Virus record (IMG/VR): IMGVR_UViG_3300046506_000102
Direction: 5' to 3' (one strand)
Length of the DNA stretch: 64,000 nt
Source: an uncultured virus (IMG/VR IMGVR_UViG_3300046506_000102)
Lineage: Duplodnaviria; Heunggongvirae; Uroviricota; Caudoviricetes
Shown: piece by piece, positions 18,612 to 27,133 of the stretch
How the letters are laid out: each line of letters opens with the position of its first letter
Numbering within the stretch: the first letter of the stretch is position 1
Notes under the pieces: model-generated
What the model was told of the DNA's origin: nothing
Seen by the model: only the letters and a program-made list of their open reading frames with translations
Databases searched by the model: none
Translations under genes and position numbers: made by a program

Positions 18612-20783
18612 TTACATTCTCGCGCTAGAGGTCCAGTGGCATGAAAGCGCACAACCTGTGTTGGTGGTGACAGCGGCGAAAACACGTGCCCCGTTTTCGC
18701 CGATGAGATCGACCGTAGGTGTGACATCCACAGCGTTCGTACGGTCTCTTATCTTTCCTGCGGCTCCGGTGGTTTCTGAGTAAGTCACGATTGTAGGCGT
18801 AGCCCTCTTTGGTACTTTAAACCTTGGAGACATTCCGCCGCCGTTGCTTGTCGCGCCAGAATTGCTAAAGAAAATGCTATCAGCCCCGTTTGGCGTCGCT
18901 GTGCCGGGGGGAGTTGCGTAGTCGAATGACTTCTCATAGTAGCGCTGACACTGCCGCAACTCTTCATGGAAATCTGGAACGGTAAACGACCGCGAGGCGC
19001 TGCCTTCGTAAAGATCAACGTCGAACAACTCAAAGGTGCCAGTTGAGCTAGTTGAAAAGACATTCGCTGTCTGTGATGAATGCATAAGGAACAGTTGCAC
19101 CACCATGCCTATCCCGTTGTCCTTTAGCCATGTTCCGGTTGTAATTCCGGCAAGCGTGACAAGCTTGATTACGTCCGTGCCGACTTCACCGGAGGCTATC
19201 GTGATCGTTCCAACAGCAGTTGAAGAACCGCCAGAGTTGTTGAGTTGAACGACGTAAGTTCCTGAGATAGGCGGCTTCATACCAATAGAAAGCGTTACTG
19301 TTTTCGCTGCTGCAGTTCCCCACTGCAAATCAGCTACACGCTTTCCTTCGATTGCTTGCTGAATATAGATGAGAGACGAGCCAACCGTGTTCTGCGAAGC
19401 CGTAGCGGTAACACGCAGGCGATTTGGCGATCCCGCTGGACTGACAGAAGCAATTTGCGCTGCGCTGAACGTCGCCGTGGTCGGCGAGAACGTCGCCATT
19501 TGCCACTGATCAACAGGAAAAGCTCCTGCGGCGGAGACAGCCGCCAATCCGATTTCCTGATTGACCATCATCGCACCATTGATGATGTAGTTCCTCTTTA
19601 GAACGCCTATGTTGGCGCGTGCTTGCGCTTTTTGCGCAGCCGTCGCGCCTTGGTCCGTGTTGTAACTAACACCACCAAGATTGATTAAAGCAGTGTTGAC
19701 GTTAGCAACATCCAACAAATTGTTTGCGCTTGAAAGATCGCCCGCGCCCGGTTGCCCAACGACATTGAACGTCCAGCTAGTGAACGTGCCGCTTCCATTC
19801 GTCTTATCAGCGGTGATTGTTAGCGTCGTTCCGCTGTATATAACAACGCCTTCAAGCCAGTTGACACCGGATGAAGCGCGGACGCGGGCGCCGTTCTGAT
19901 AGGCGAGCCCGGCTTGCGTCGTGAACACTTTTGATCCGGTGCCGATCGCAATTGACGTTGTGGACGTACCGCCGTATGTCGGCGCGTTAGTTCCGTCCAC
20001 GCCCTTTTGGGCAACCAAGCCCCACTTACCAGCAGCAAGATCGGTCGCAAATACCCCCGACATATGGGCCACAAGGCACATATAGGACGAACCGTTGATG
20101 GTCACATAATCAGCCGGAGGGCCAGCAACATATGAATGCGCCGTGACCCATGCAGCAACCGGATTGAGCGACAAAGGGCCAGTATTTCCAACGCTCGCGA
20201 GCAACGCCCAATATGTTACATTAGGCGGGGCGTTGCCGGTCGTTGATGCAATCGCAATGTATGATGAACCGGCGCTATAAACGACATCGTTTGCGGCATA
20301 CGAAGCCGCGTTATCGTACGCACCTCGAATATTGAACCCTTTGTACACACCGAGAAAGTTCCACGCACCGCTATCTTTCACCCAAAGCTTGCCGGTTGAA
20401 GCTTGAAACGCATACTGACCATCTTCGCCATATGACGGATCAGGAACGGTTGCAGTAGACGGCACAAAAACATAAAAGCCGTTCGTGTTCAGCGCCGCAA
20501 CCAACGCGGACACGTCCGCCATTGCCTGACCGCCGGCAAAACGAAGCGGTGAAATCTGCAAAATCTTGTACGCTGAACCGGCAGCAATCGCGCCGAACGG
20601 CCATGCCTCAATGACCAAATGAGTGTTATCAACCACATCTTCAATCGTGGTCGAATAGCCATTGCAATAGAAAATATCACCTGGGCGCGCGTTAGGCGAC
20701 GACCATATGCAACCGGCGCCAACAATCGTTGTTGCACCCGCACCGATCGTCACCGTACCGGTGCTGTAGGAATTAAGCGGCAT
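18612..20783 (-). CDS. Tail fibre protein
   Basis: YSTGTV N-terminus, carbohydrate-binding-like repeats, RNYIING...DQW and EELRQCQRYYEKS fibre motifs. Confidence 0.85.
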   Translation of the reverse strand: MPLNSYSTGTVTIGAGATTIVGAGCIWSSPNARPGDIFYCNGYSTTIEDVVDNTHLVIEAWPFGAIAAGSAYKILQISPLRFAGGQAMADVSALVAALNTNGFYVFVPSTATVPDPSYGEDGQYAFQASTGKLWVKDSGAWNFLGVYKGFNIRGAYDNAASYAANDVVYSAGSSYIAIASTTGNAPPNVTYWALLASVGNTGPLSLNPVAAWVTAHSYVAGPPADYVTINGSSYMCLVAHMSGVFATDLAAGKWGLVAQKGVDGTNAPTYGGTSTTSIAIGTGSKVFTTQAGLAYQNGARVRASSGVNWLEGVVIYSGTTLTITADKTNGSGTFTSWTFNVVGQPGAGDLSSANNLLDVANVNTALINLGGVSYNTDQGATAAQKAQARANIGVLKRNYIINGAMMVNQEIGLAAVSAAGAFPVDQWQMATFSPTTATFSAAQIASVSPAGSPNRLRVTATASQNTVGSSLIYIQQAIEGKRVADLQWGTAAAKTVTLSIGMKPPISGTYVVQLNNSGGSSTAVGTITIASGEVGTDVIKLVTLAGITTGTWLKDNGIGMVVQLFLMHSSQTANVFSTSSTGTFELFDVDLYEGSASRSFTVPDFHEELRQCQRYYEKSFDYATPPGTATPNGADSIFFSNSGATSNGGGMSPRFKVPKRATPTIVTYSETTGAAGKIRDRTNAVDVTPTVDLIGENGARVFAAVTTNTGCALSCHWTSSARM

Positions 20784-20835
20784 TGGGCAAGTCCCCGATA
20801 CGTCGCTTGACCACATGGCAAGCGGCGCTTACCAC

Positions 20836-21159
20836 TTACCCGATTTGGGTTGCCGCGTCCAATTCTTCGGGTGTCTGCGCGGCTGCTATCCGCAACAGAA
20901 TGGTTTGCCGCCACAACTCGCGATCCGCTGCGGCGTCGCTCTTGCTGGCGATGACAGTTGCGAAGTCGTTGGGCTGCATTCCGCGCAATGTTGCTTCCGG
21001 TGCAAGCTTATCGAGTTGCCCGGATTTCGCCCATTCGCGTTTCTGCGCGTGTGCTTGATCGCGATGAACATTGTTGATTGCTAGCGTGTTAAAATATTCG
21101 TTGACGCGAAGGGTTGCGACTTCGCGAAGCGCGGGCATCGGATCGATAACGAGTTTCAT
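20836..21159 (-). CDS. Tail-associated hypothetical protein
   Basis: Position in the tail operon. Confidence 0.55.
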   Translation of the reverse strand: MKLVIDPMPALREVATLRVNEYFNTLAINNVHRDQAHAQKREWAKSGQLDKLAPEATLRGMQPNDFATVIASKSDAAADRELWRQTILLRIAAAQTPEELDAATQIG

Positions 21160-21588
21160 CTAGATTGCCTCAATCGAAATTGTCTGATCCTTGAAGGGCC
21201 AAAGCGAAATCGTAATGCGATAGACGCACCGAACAGGAATTGCGATTTCAAGTTCAGTCGCGTCAAGCGGATCGATCGTGTGTAAGACGGTGTTGACCGC
21301 TGCGACGACGACCTTTGCATTTTTCGGAATGCCGGTGATGAGCGCGCTATCGATGCCGCCCGCTTTAATTACGGTCTTGTTGATTTCGATCGGCATAACC
21401 GGACGTTCGATTAGCTCTTTCGCCGATACGTTCACATACCAGTCTTTGAAGCTTGGTAGCGTGTTGGTATCGACCGCGACATAGGTAAGGCCCGCATCGT
21501 CCAGAAGTTTGTCATAGCCTTCCGGATCATAAACCTTGTTCGCTTGCGTGAGCATCCCGGTTGCGTCGTGAACAGCAAAGAGTGTCAT
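21160..21588 (-). CDS. Tail-associated hypothetical protein
   Basis: Coupled to neighbours in the tail operon. Confidence 0.55.
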   Translation of the reverse strand: MTLFAVHDATGMLTQANKVYDPEGYDKLLDDAGLTYVAVDTNTLPSFKDWYVNVSAKELIERPVMPIEINKTVIKAGGIDSALITGIPKNAKVVVAAVNTVLHTIDPLDATELEIAIPVRCVYRITISLWPFKDQTISIEAI

Positions 21589-22076
21589 TGGTAATTCCTA
21601 AAGATGGCATAGGCGATGTGGGTTTGATCAGGGTAGCTAGGAAAGACCTGACCGGACGGCAGCAAGGTTTGTTTGTAGAATGAAATTCCTGTAAACCAAC
21701 CATCGCCAACAGCACCACCAGCGCCATTAGACCCGCTGAAAAATGGCGTTGCACCATATGGCGAGTTGCCTGCGAAATAAGCGCCCTCGCTGCCCGGTTG
21801 AGACGTATTGGGTTGATAGTTCATCGTCATGAACAAAGGGAATGTACCGGCAGGCGTTGACGGCAACAGCGCGAGCCTTACCCACTGCAAAATGTTGCCA
21901 TCGCCCACTGGAGTGTAAGGCACCCTGCCCCACCCGTTCACATAGAGCCGCATCGGCGGTTGATTGGCATCGAACAGAAGGTCATCGAACTGCGCACCGG
22001 ACGCGTCCACACCGGCCACTGATACGCGCAGTGGTGAACTCGCACCGGGAGTTATGAGAACACGCCGCGTCGTCAT
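21585..22076 (-). CDS. Minor tail protein, MTTRR paralog 3
   Basis: Starts MTTRRV; LRVSVAGVDA...LLFD. Confidence 0.6.
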   Translation of the reverse strand: MTTRRVLITPGASSPLRVSVAGVDASGAQFDDLLFDANQPPMRLYVNGWGRVPYTPVGDGNILQWVRLALLPSTPAGTFPLFMTMNYQPNTSQPGSEGAYFAGNSPYGATPFFSGSNGAGGAVGDGWFTGISFYKQTLLPSGQVFPSYPDQTHIAYAIFRNYQ

Positions 22077-22504
22077 GTGAACGCCTTTGAAAAGACTGCG
22101 TAGACCGTCGTAACGCTGCAACTGATCGTCAGCGATGCACCATTGCTGTTGATGGTTGCGGTTGCGGGTGGCGTTGATCCGATGACATAACCGCCGCTAC
22201 CGTCCGGTGTCAGCGTCATGAATGGAGAAGGTCGCGCCGGTCCACTTGAACCGCTATAGCCGGGCAGATTGGAATTCAACGGGTTCAAAGTGGTCACTAG
22301 AACAATGGGCGATCGTGACAAACCAAGCGCGATCGTCGCCGTACTTCCAACCTTGCCCATCAGCAGCAGCGTTGAAACCTTAGAAGTGATATTCAGTATT
22401 AGATTTGCATCAGGGGTATTGAACGCGTCAAAGCCGACCTTTGAAACGAAAAGACCATTGGCACCATTCGCGCGTTTTCCAACCACAACCCGCCTTGTGG
22501 TCAT
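22073..22504 (-). CDS. Minor tail protein, MTTRR paralog 2
   Basis: Starts MTTRRV; GLFVSKVGFDA...LILN. Confidence 0.6.
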   Translation of the reverse strand: MTTRRVVVGKRANGANGLFVSKVGFDAFNTPDANLILNITSKVSTLLLMGKVGSTATIALGLSRSPIVLVTTLNPLNSNLPGYSGSSGPARPSPFMTLTPDGSGGYVIGSTPPATATINSNGASLTISCSVTTVYAVFSKAFT

Positions 22505-22911
22505 GACAGCACCACCGGGACGCCGAAGATCACATAAATCATCTGATCGCCGGCCGTCAACGACTGCGTTCTTAGTGTGAGCGGTGAACGCTGATTGTAG
22601 TAAGCAGCAACACCGATCTTGTTTAGAGCACCATAGAGATAATCATCGTGAATAACGGCGCCAGCTTCGAACCTGCGTGCCTCGACATATGGCACATAAC
22701 CGGGATCATTAATCAGAACGTCACTGAACGTTCCGGTGGACGTTAGAATACCCGATTGCAAAACCGGTGCTATGTCCGACCAATTCGAATTGAACGACAA
22801 ATTCGGCGAATTATCACCTTCCGTCAACGCATCGAAGCCCGGCAATGCGGTCTTCAACCCATAGGTCACACCATCCGCGTATTTGCCAATGATAGCGCGG
22901 CGAGTGGTCAT
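22501..22911 (-). CDS. Minor tail protein, MTTRR paralog 1
   Basis: Starts MTTRRA; GLKTALPGFDA...LSFN. Confidence 0.6.
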   Translation of the reverse strand: MTTRRAIIGKYADGVTYGLKTALPGFDALTEGDNSPNLSFNSNWSDIAPVLQSGILTSTGTFSDVLINDPGYVPYVEARRFEAGAVIHDDYLYGALNKIGVAAYYNQRSPLTLRTQSLTAGDQMIYVIFGVPVVLS

Positions 22912-25445
22912 GACCAAATCTCAATGCGTTCGTTGGTGGCATCAATAACGAAATTCCCGGATGGGCTTTGAATTTTGCCCGCAGTAACTGTGCCAAGGTT
23001 CGCGTTGATCGCGCTCAACGAAATCACATTCAACATCGTTGCTGTAATCGTACCGTCGATAAACATGCTTGCGCTAATGCCGATTGTGGAAACGCCGCCA
23101 ACCGTGCCGATCGCGAAGATATTCTTTGGAGTACCAGCCGCACCGGACGCAGGGCGGGCAACGCGAAAATTGTCAACGATGAACGTTGCCGTACTGATAC
23201 CAGCACCACCATTGAACAGGTTGAAGCCCGTCGCGTAGCCGTTCACGTCCAGCGTTATCGAGTATTGCGCAGCGGCATACCCATCCAACTGAGCGATAGC
23301 GGTGCTATTAGTCGTTACGCTGGCATTTGTCGTATCGAATTCAGCCGACACCGTAACTTGATAGTTCGCAAAAGCAGTCTGAGCATCCGTGAAGGCTTGT
23401 TGCAAAGTCGCAATCGACGCCTTGGCATTTCCCGCAACCGAATTCAATTGCGAGCGAATTTCTTTCTTATCAAGCCAATTCCTACCATCTTGATTGCCGA
23501 CAAGCGACGACACCAAGTTTCTGAAACCGTCCAGATCGTTTTGAAACTGCCCCATCAACGTTGTGATGTTGTATTGAATATCAGCATTCAAATCCGCATA
23601 ACCGGTTTTGATATCCAACGTCGTGACAGTTACGCCAGCATCATAAACGGTTGTCCGCGATGGATTGGTGATGATGCGCGTCCGAACGGTGTACTGCGTA
23701 TTGCCAACCACACCGTCAAGCAACGCGACCGTGACCGCAGCCGGAACGGTTTTTAACAGAATGCCATCGGGTTGAGCAGTCGGAAAATACTGCACTTCAA
23801 CCGCAGTCACCGTGACATCGTTGATCGCGTTCCAACTCGCACGAATTCCCGGCAACGCACGCCCGTCATCACCGGTCAACGCAACAGCGATCACCGTAAG
23901 CGTATCGACTTCGGAAATGTAAACGGGCGCACCGTTCGGCAACGGAAAGCTTGGAATGATTGGCGCGGCACTGTCATAAATTGCACCGTGCCTTTCCTGC
24001 AAACCCAAAATAACGTTGCGCGGCCCGCCCTTTTCGAGCGAAACGAGTTGCTTTGCAGTCACCAGAAACGTTTTGGTGTTGTTGTATCGAGCAGACACCC
24101 AATCAACCCAATCGCCAACCTCCAATACCTGAAAGCGCGGGCGAAGCGTGACCGTCGCGGTTGCCTGATAGCGATTTTCACGCAGATAGAGCGACGCCAA
24201 ATCATTCGCTTGTCGCATGCTGCGAACTTGCGGAAAGTCAATCGCAACATCGCGCGTGCGACGATCAAGCGTTAGATACACCGGATCAGTTTGTTCCTTA
24301 TAGCCGTTGGCGGACCATACCAACGTCGGATCGGTGAAGTTGCCCGAAACGGAATTCACCAACTCGGACATTGACCGCAATTCGGTACGTTTGAAGTTGC
24401 CAGCCGTCGAAACGAGATCGGTATCGTAAAACGTCATCACGGACGGCTGCGCGCTGCCGACGATCGGCCAAGACCCTTCAAGCGCGTCAACCGCCATCGC
24501 ACCGCAAGCGAGTTGCAGCGTTTTAATATTGTCGCCGTGATTAGCCATGCAATCGAGGAACGCCGAAACGCGATATTTCGGAAGCCCGTCAACCGACGAA
24601 CTTTCATCACACAGAACCGCCGCAGCGGTGTACTTGTCTAAGGGAAGGTCACTAGGCTGCATATCCATCCCGCAGAAAACGTCACCGTTGACTGCGAAAC
24701 CGCGTCGATAGCAATATTCTGCAACTACCGGGTTTTCAGTGAAAGCCCATGTTGAAACGTCATTCCAACGTTGCGAACCTGATCCGCCTGCGCTGCTATC
24801 CTTCCGCCAGTCATAAAGCGGTGCGCCTGCGAATTCGAAAAAGAGATCAGGAAACGAGTTCATGTTATCTTTGTCGAAATCGACGCGAACAATCACATAC
24901 GAAACGCCCAAACCGATATTGTTCGATGCCCAACGCCCGGCCGGGTTTGAAAACGCCTGCAACAGAGGATCGGCCGTCGTCTGATGGCCGTCATAGTATT
25001 TGATCCACACGTAACCGCTGAATGCTGGCGTGGCGACTGGAAACCCCCAACCATCCCCGCCATCAGGGCCAAGCGTCACGTAAACACCGCCGATCGCAAC
25101 GCGGTTTAACCCGGACGTGTAGAAATCCGACAACACGTAAACGCGCTGCATCGTCCGATTAGAGGGCAGAAATGTATTCACATACACGTCATGCCCTGCC
25201 GTTCCGCAAAGTCCGATCGCCACTTTGCGCGAAACGTTCGTTCCATATTGTAAGGATAACTCCGAACCTGATGCAGTCGTTGAAGTGTCAGGCTTCGGCG
25301 TCAGCGCTTGGATCAAATAGCTTGTGGCAACGCTTAATCCGATGCCAATGATGGCCGATCCGATCGCACCTGTAGCGGCAACGAAAGAGCTAACAGCGGC
25401 AGCGGCAGCGATACCTACCTCAATAAGCGGTGCGATGAACGGCAT
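22908..25445 (-). CDS. Tail tip / central tail protein (lambda J-like)
   Basis: LYDWRKDSSAGGSG..RW, tail-tip core, Fn3-like domain, coiled coil and DUF1983-like C-terminus. Confidence 0.85.
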   Translation of the reverse strand: MPFIAPLIEVGIAAAAAVSSFVAATGAIGSAIIGIGLSVATSYLIQALTPKPDTSTTASGSELSLQYGTNVSRKVAIGLCGTAGHDVYVNTFLPSNRTMQRVYVLSDFYTSGLNRVAIGGVYVTLGPDGGDGWGFPVATPAFSGYVWIKYYDGHQTTADPLLQAFSNPAGRWASNNIGLGVSYVIVRVDFDKDNMNSFPDLFFEFAGAPLYDWRKDSSAGGSGSQRWNDVSTWAFTENPVVAEYCYRRGFAVNGDVFCGMDMQPSDLPLDKYTAAAVLCDESSSVDGLPKYRVSAFLDCMANHGDNIKTLQLACGAMAVDALEGSWPIVGSAQPSVMTFYDTDLVSTAGNFKRTELRSMSELVNSVSGNFTDPTLVWSANGYKEQTDPVYLTLDRRTRDVAIDFPQVRSMRQANDLASLYLRENRYQATATVTLRPRFQVLEVGDWVDWVSARYNNTKTFLVTAKQLVSLEKGGPRNVILGLQERHGAIYDSAAPIIPSFPLPNGAPVYISEVDTLTVIAVALTGDDGRALPGIRASWNAINDVTVTAVEVQYFPTAQPDGILLKTVPAAVTVALLDGVVGNTQYTVRTRIITNPSRTTVYDAGVTVTTLDIKTGYADLNADIQYNITTLMGQFQNDLDGFRNLVSSLVGNQDGRNWLDKKEIRSQLNSVAGNAKASIATLQQAFTDAQTAFANYQVTVSAEFDTTNASVTTNSTAIAQLDGYAAAQYSITLDVNGYATGFNLFNGGAGISTATFIVDNFRVARPASGAAGTPKNIFAIGTVGGVSTIGISASMFIDGTITATMLNVISLSAINANLGTVTAGKIQSPSGNFVIDATNERIEIWS

Positions 25446-25849
25446 TAGCGATCAACCTTGAAAGCGGTTTTGACTTTGGAATGAGGCAGGAAAATCACGC
25501 CTTCATCAGTGCGCGTCATGAACCCGATCGATGTGAACAAGCCGCCGCAGACTTCACCCTTTTCGTTCTCGACAACGCCAATATCACCGCGTTGCGCTTG
25601 AAGCGGATGGACGGTTTCAAACTTCGCCGCGAATGCTTCCGCAACATCTTTGAAGCCGTGCGCGAGCAAGCACTTTGCAGCACCGATCGGGCTGTCGTAT
25701 TCAATACCATCATACATCGGTTGACCGGTAATGGCCGCGACCGCATCGGCCGGGATTAGATAACAATCCGAAACGCCGTACTGCGACGGCAACGCTTGGT
25801 GTTTCTTGATGACCGCAGCTAGGGCCTTGTCCCAATCTTTCACGCGCAT
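25445..25849 (-). CDS. Tail-associated NlpC/P60-like protein
   Basis: YGVSDC...AQRGDIG pattern; between hub and tip genes. Confidence 0.7.
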   Translation of the reverse strand: MRVKDWDKALAAVIKKHQALPSQYGVSDCYLIPADAVAAITGQPMYDGIEYDSPIGAAKCLLAHGFKDVAEAFAAKFETVHPLQAQRGDIGVVENEKGEVCGGLFTSIGFMTRTDEGVIFLPHSKVKTAFKVDR

Positions 25850-25853
25850 GGCA

Positions 25854-26492
25854 TCACCTGTTTAACAATCGCCCGGCCACGCCAATGGCGGCTGCATAGT
25901 AATTTGACGGATTGTTTGGATTATCTTGGCCCCAATAGACTTGTTCGCGCCCGCGCGTTGCCGCGAACAGAAAGAAGCCATCACCGGGATTGCGCCGCTT
26001 CTGATCTAGATCGGAACGCTTGCGGCCATTGATGCGCGTGTAATCGAGCGCGCGGCTTTCACAATTCGCAACGATCGTATACCCAACATCTTGCGTATCA
26101 ACATGATCGATCGTATCGACGTAACCGCGTTTCATCACCTGAACGAAAAGCAATTCGTTCGTATCAGGATGAAAATATGCATCGTAAATCGTAACGGGAC
26201 GATCGCGGTAATCTTCGGCTTCGATCGTTTGCAACACTTCCGGTGTCAATCCGTCATCGGGAGACGCCGCAAGCGAAACGGTGAATTGTGAAGCGGTCAA
26301 ACCGGTATCATCATTCAAATCTGAAACGGAGATCGCGCCGCCCGGTTGATAGACGAGAGACGAATAGGTGATCGGCACGATTGACTTTGCAAAGCCATAC
26401 GTACCCGATCCAAAATCGAAACGGATCAATCCGCGAATACCAATGCGGCCTTCGTCCAAAAGGTTCAACACTGACGTTGGAAGCGTGATCAT
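25854..26492 (-). CDS. Baseplate hub / minor tail protein
   Basis: DQKRRNPGDGFF C-terminal motif; gene order. Confidence 0.65.
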   Translation of the reverse strand: MITLPTSVLNLLDEGRIGIRGLIRFDFGSGTYGFAKSIVPITYSSLVYQPGGAISVSDLNDDTGLTASQFTVSLAASPDDGLTPEVLQTIEAEDYRDRPVTIYDAYFHPDTNELLFVQVMKRGYVDTIDHVDTQDVGYTIVANCESRALDYTRINGRKRSDLDQKRRNPGDGFFLFAATRGREQVYWGQDNPNNPSNYYAAAIGVAGRLLNR

Positions 26493-27133
26493 AGCGTTTG
26501 CACCCCGCTGAAATTCACCGGGGCATCTTCGACCGTACCGCTTTCAACCCAATCAGTGATTACGAATTTGCACCATGGACGCCACAAGCGGCAAACCGCA
26601 GTGCCAGCCGTGAACACCGTTGAATGCAGGAACGGGGCAACCGTAATGGACGCCGTTGACGCCCCTCCGGTCACATCCTCCATGACTTCATAATAGCCGT
26701 AGAAGCCCGCTTGTTCTAAGCCTACCCGATCGCCTGCCTTGAACTGCAAGCCCGCCAGCGGAAGCCCTGACAGCCCTAGCGCGCCGGATAAACCGACACT
26801 CGCGACCGTGCATGTCCCATCCCAACCGGGCGCGATATTGGCTGCTGATTTGGCGTTCGGATATGCCCGCAAGGTTGACTTGCGAACGTCATACGCGATG
26901 AACTTTTGAATGCCGCCGCGAAGCGATTTCTTCCACGCCTGCCAAATTGCGGCATCGTCCCGATTGAGAATGCCGGTCTTAAACGTTCCCTTCCAAGTCG
27001 GATCGTTCACTTGCGACAAATTGATTTTGTTTCCGTTGCCGAACGGGGACGCGGCAACGTTATCCATCAATTCAAACCAAGCTTCGCTCATATGAGCGTT
27101 GTTCGGAAGCTGGCGCGGATAGGTGATAGTCAT
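26489..27133 (-). CDS. Distal tail protein (Dit-like)
   Basis: Follows the tape measure gene; W..W...LRGG...F..YD pattern. Confidence 0.65.
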   Translation of the reverse strand: MTITYPRQLPNNAHMSEAWFELMDNVAASPFGNGNKINLSQVNDPTWKGTFKTGILNRDDAAIWQAWKKSLRGGIQKFIAYDVRKSTLRAYPNAKSAANIAPGWDGTCTVASVGLSGALGLSGLPLAGLQFKAGDRVGLEQAGFYGYYEVMEDVTGGASTASITVAPFLHSTVFTAGTAVCRLWRPWCKFVITDWVESGTVEDAPVNFSGVQTL

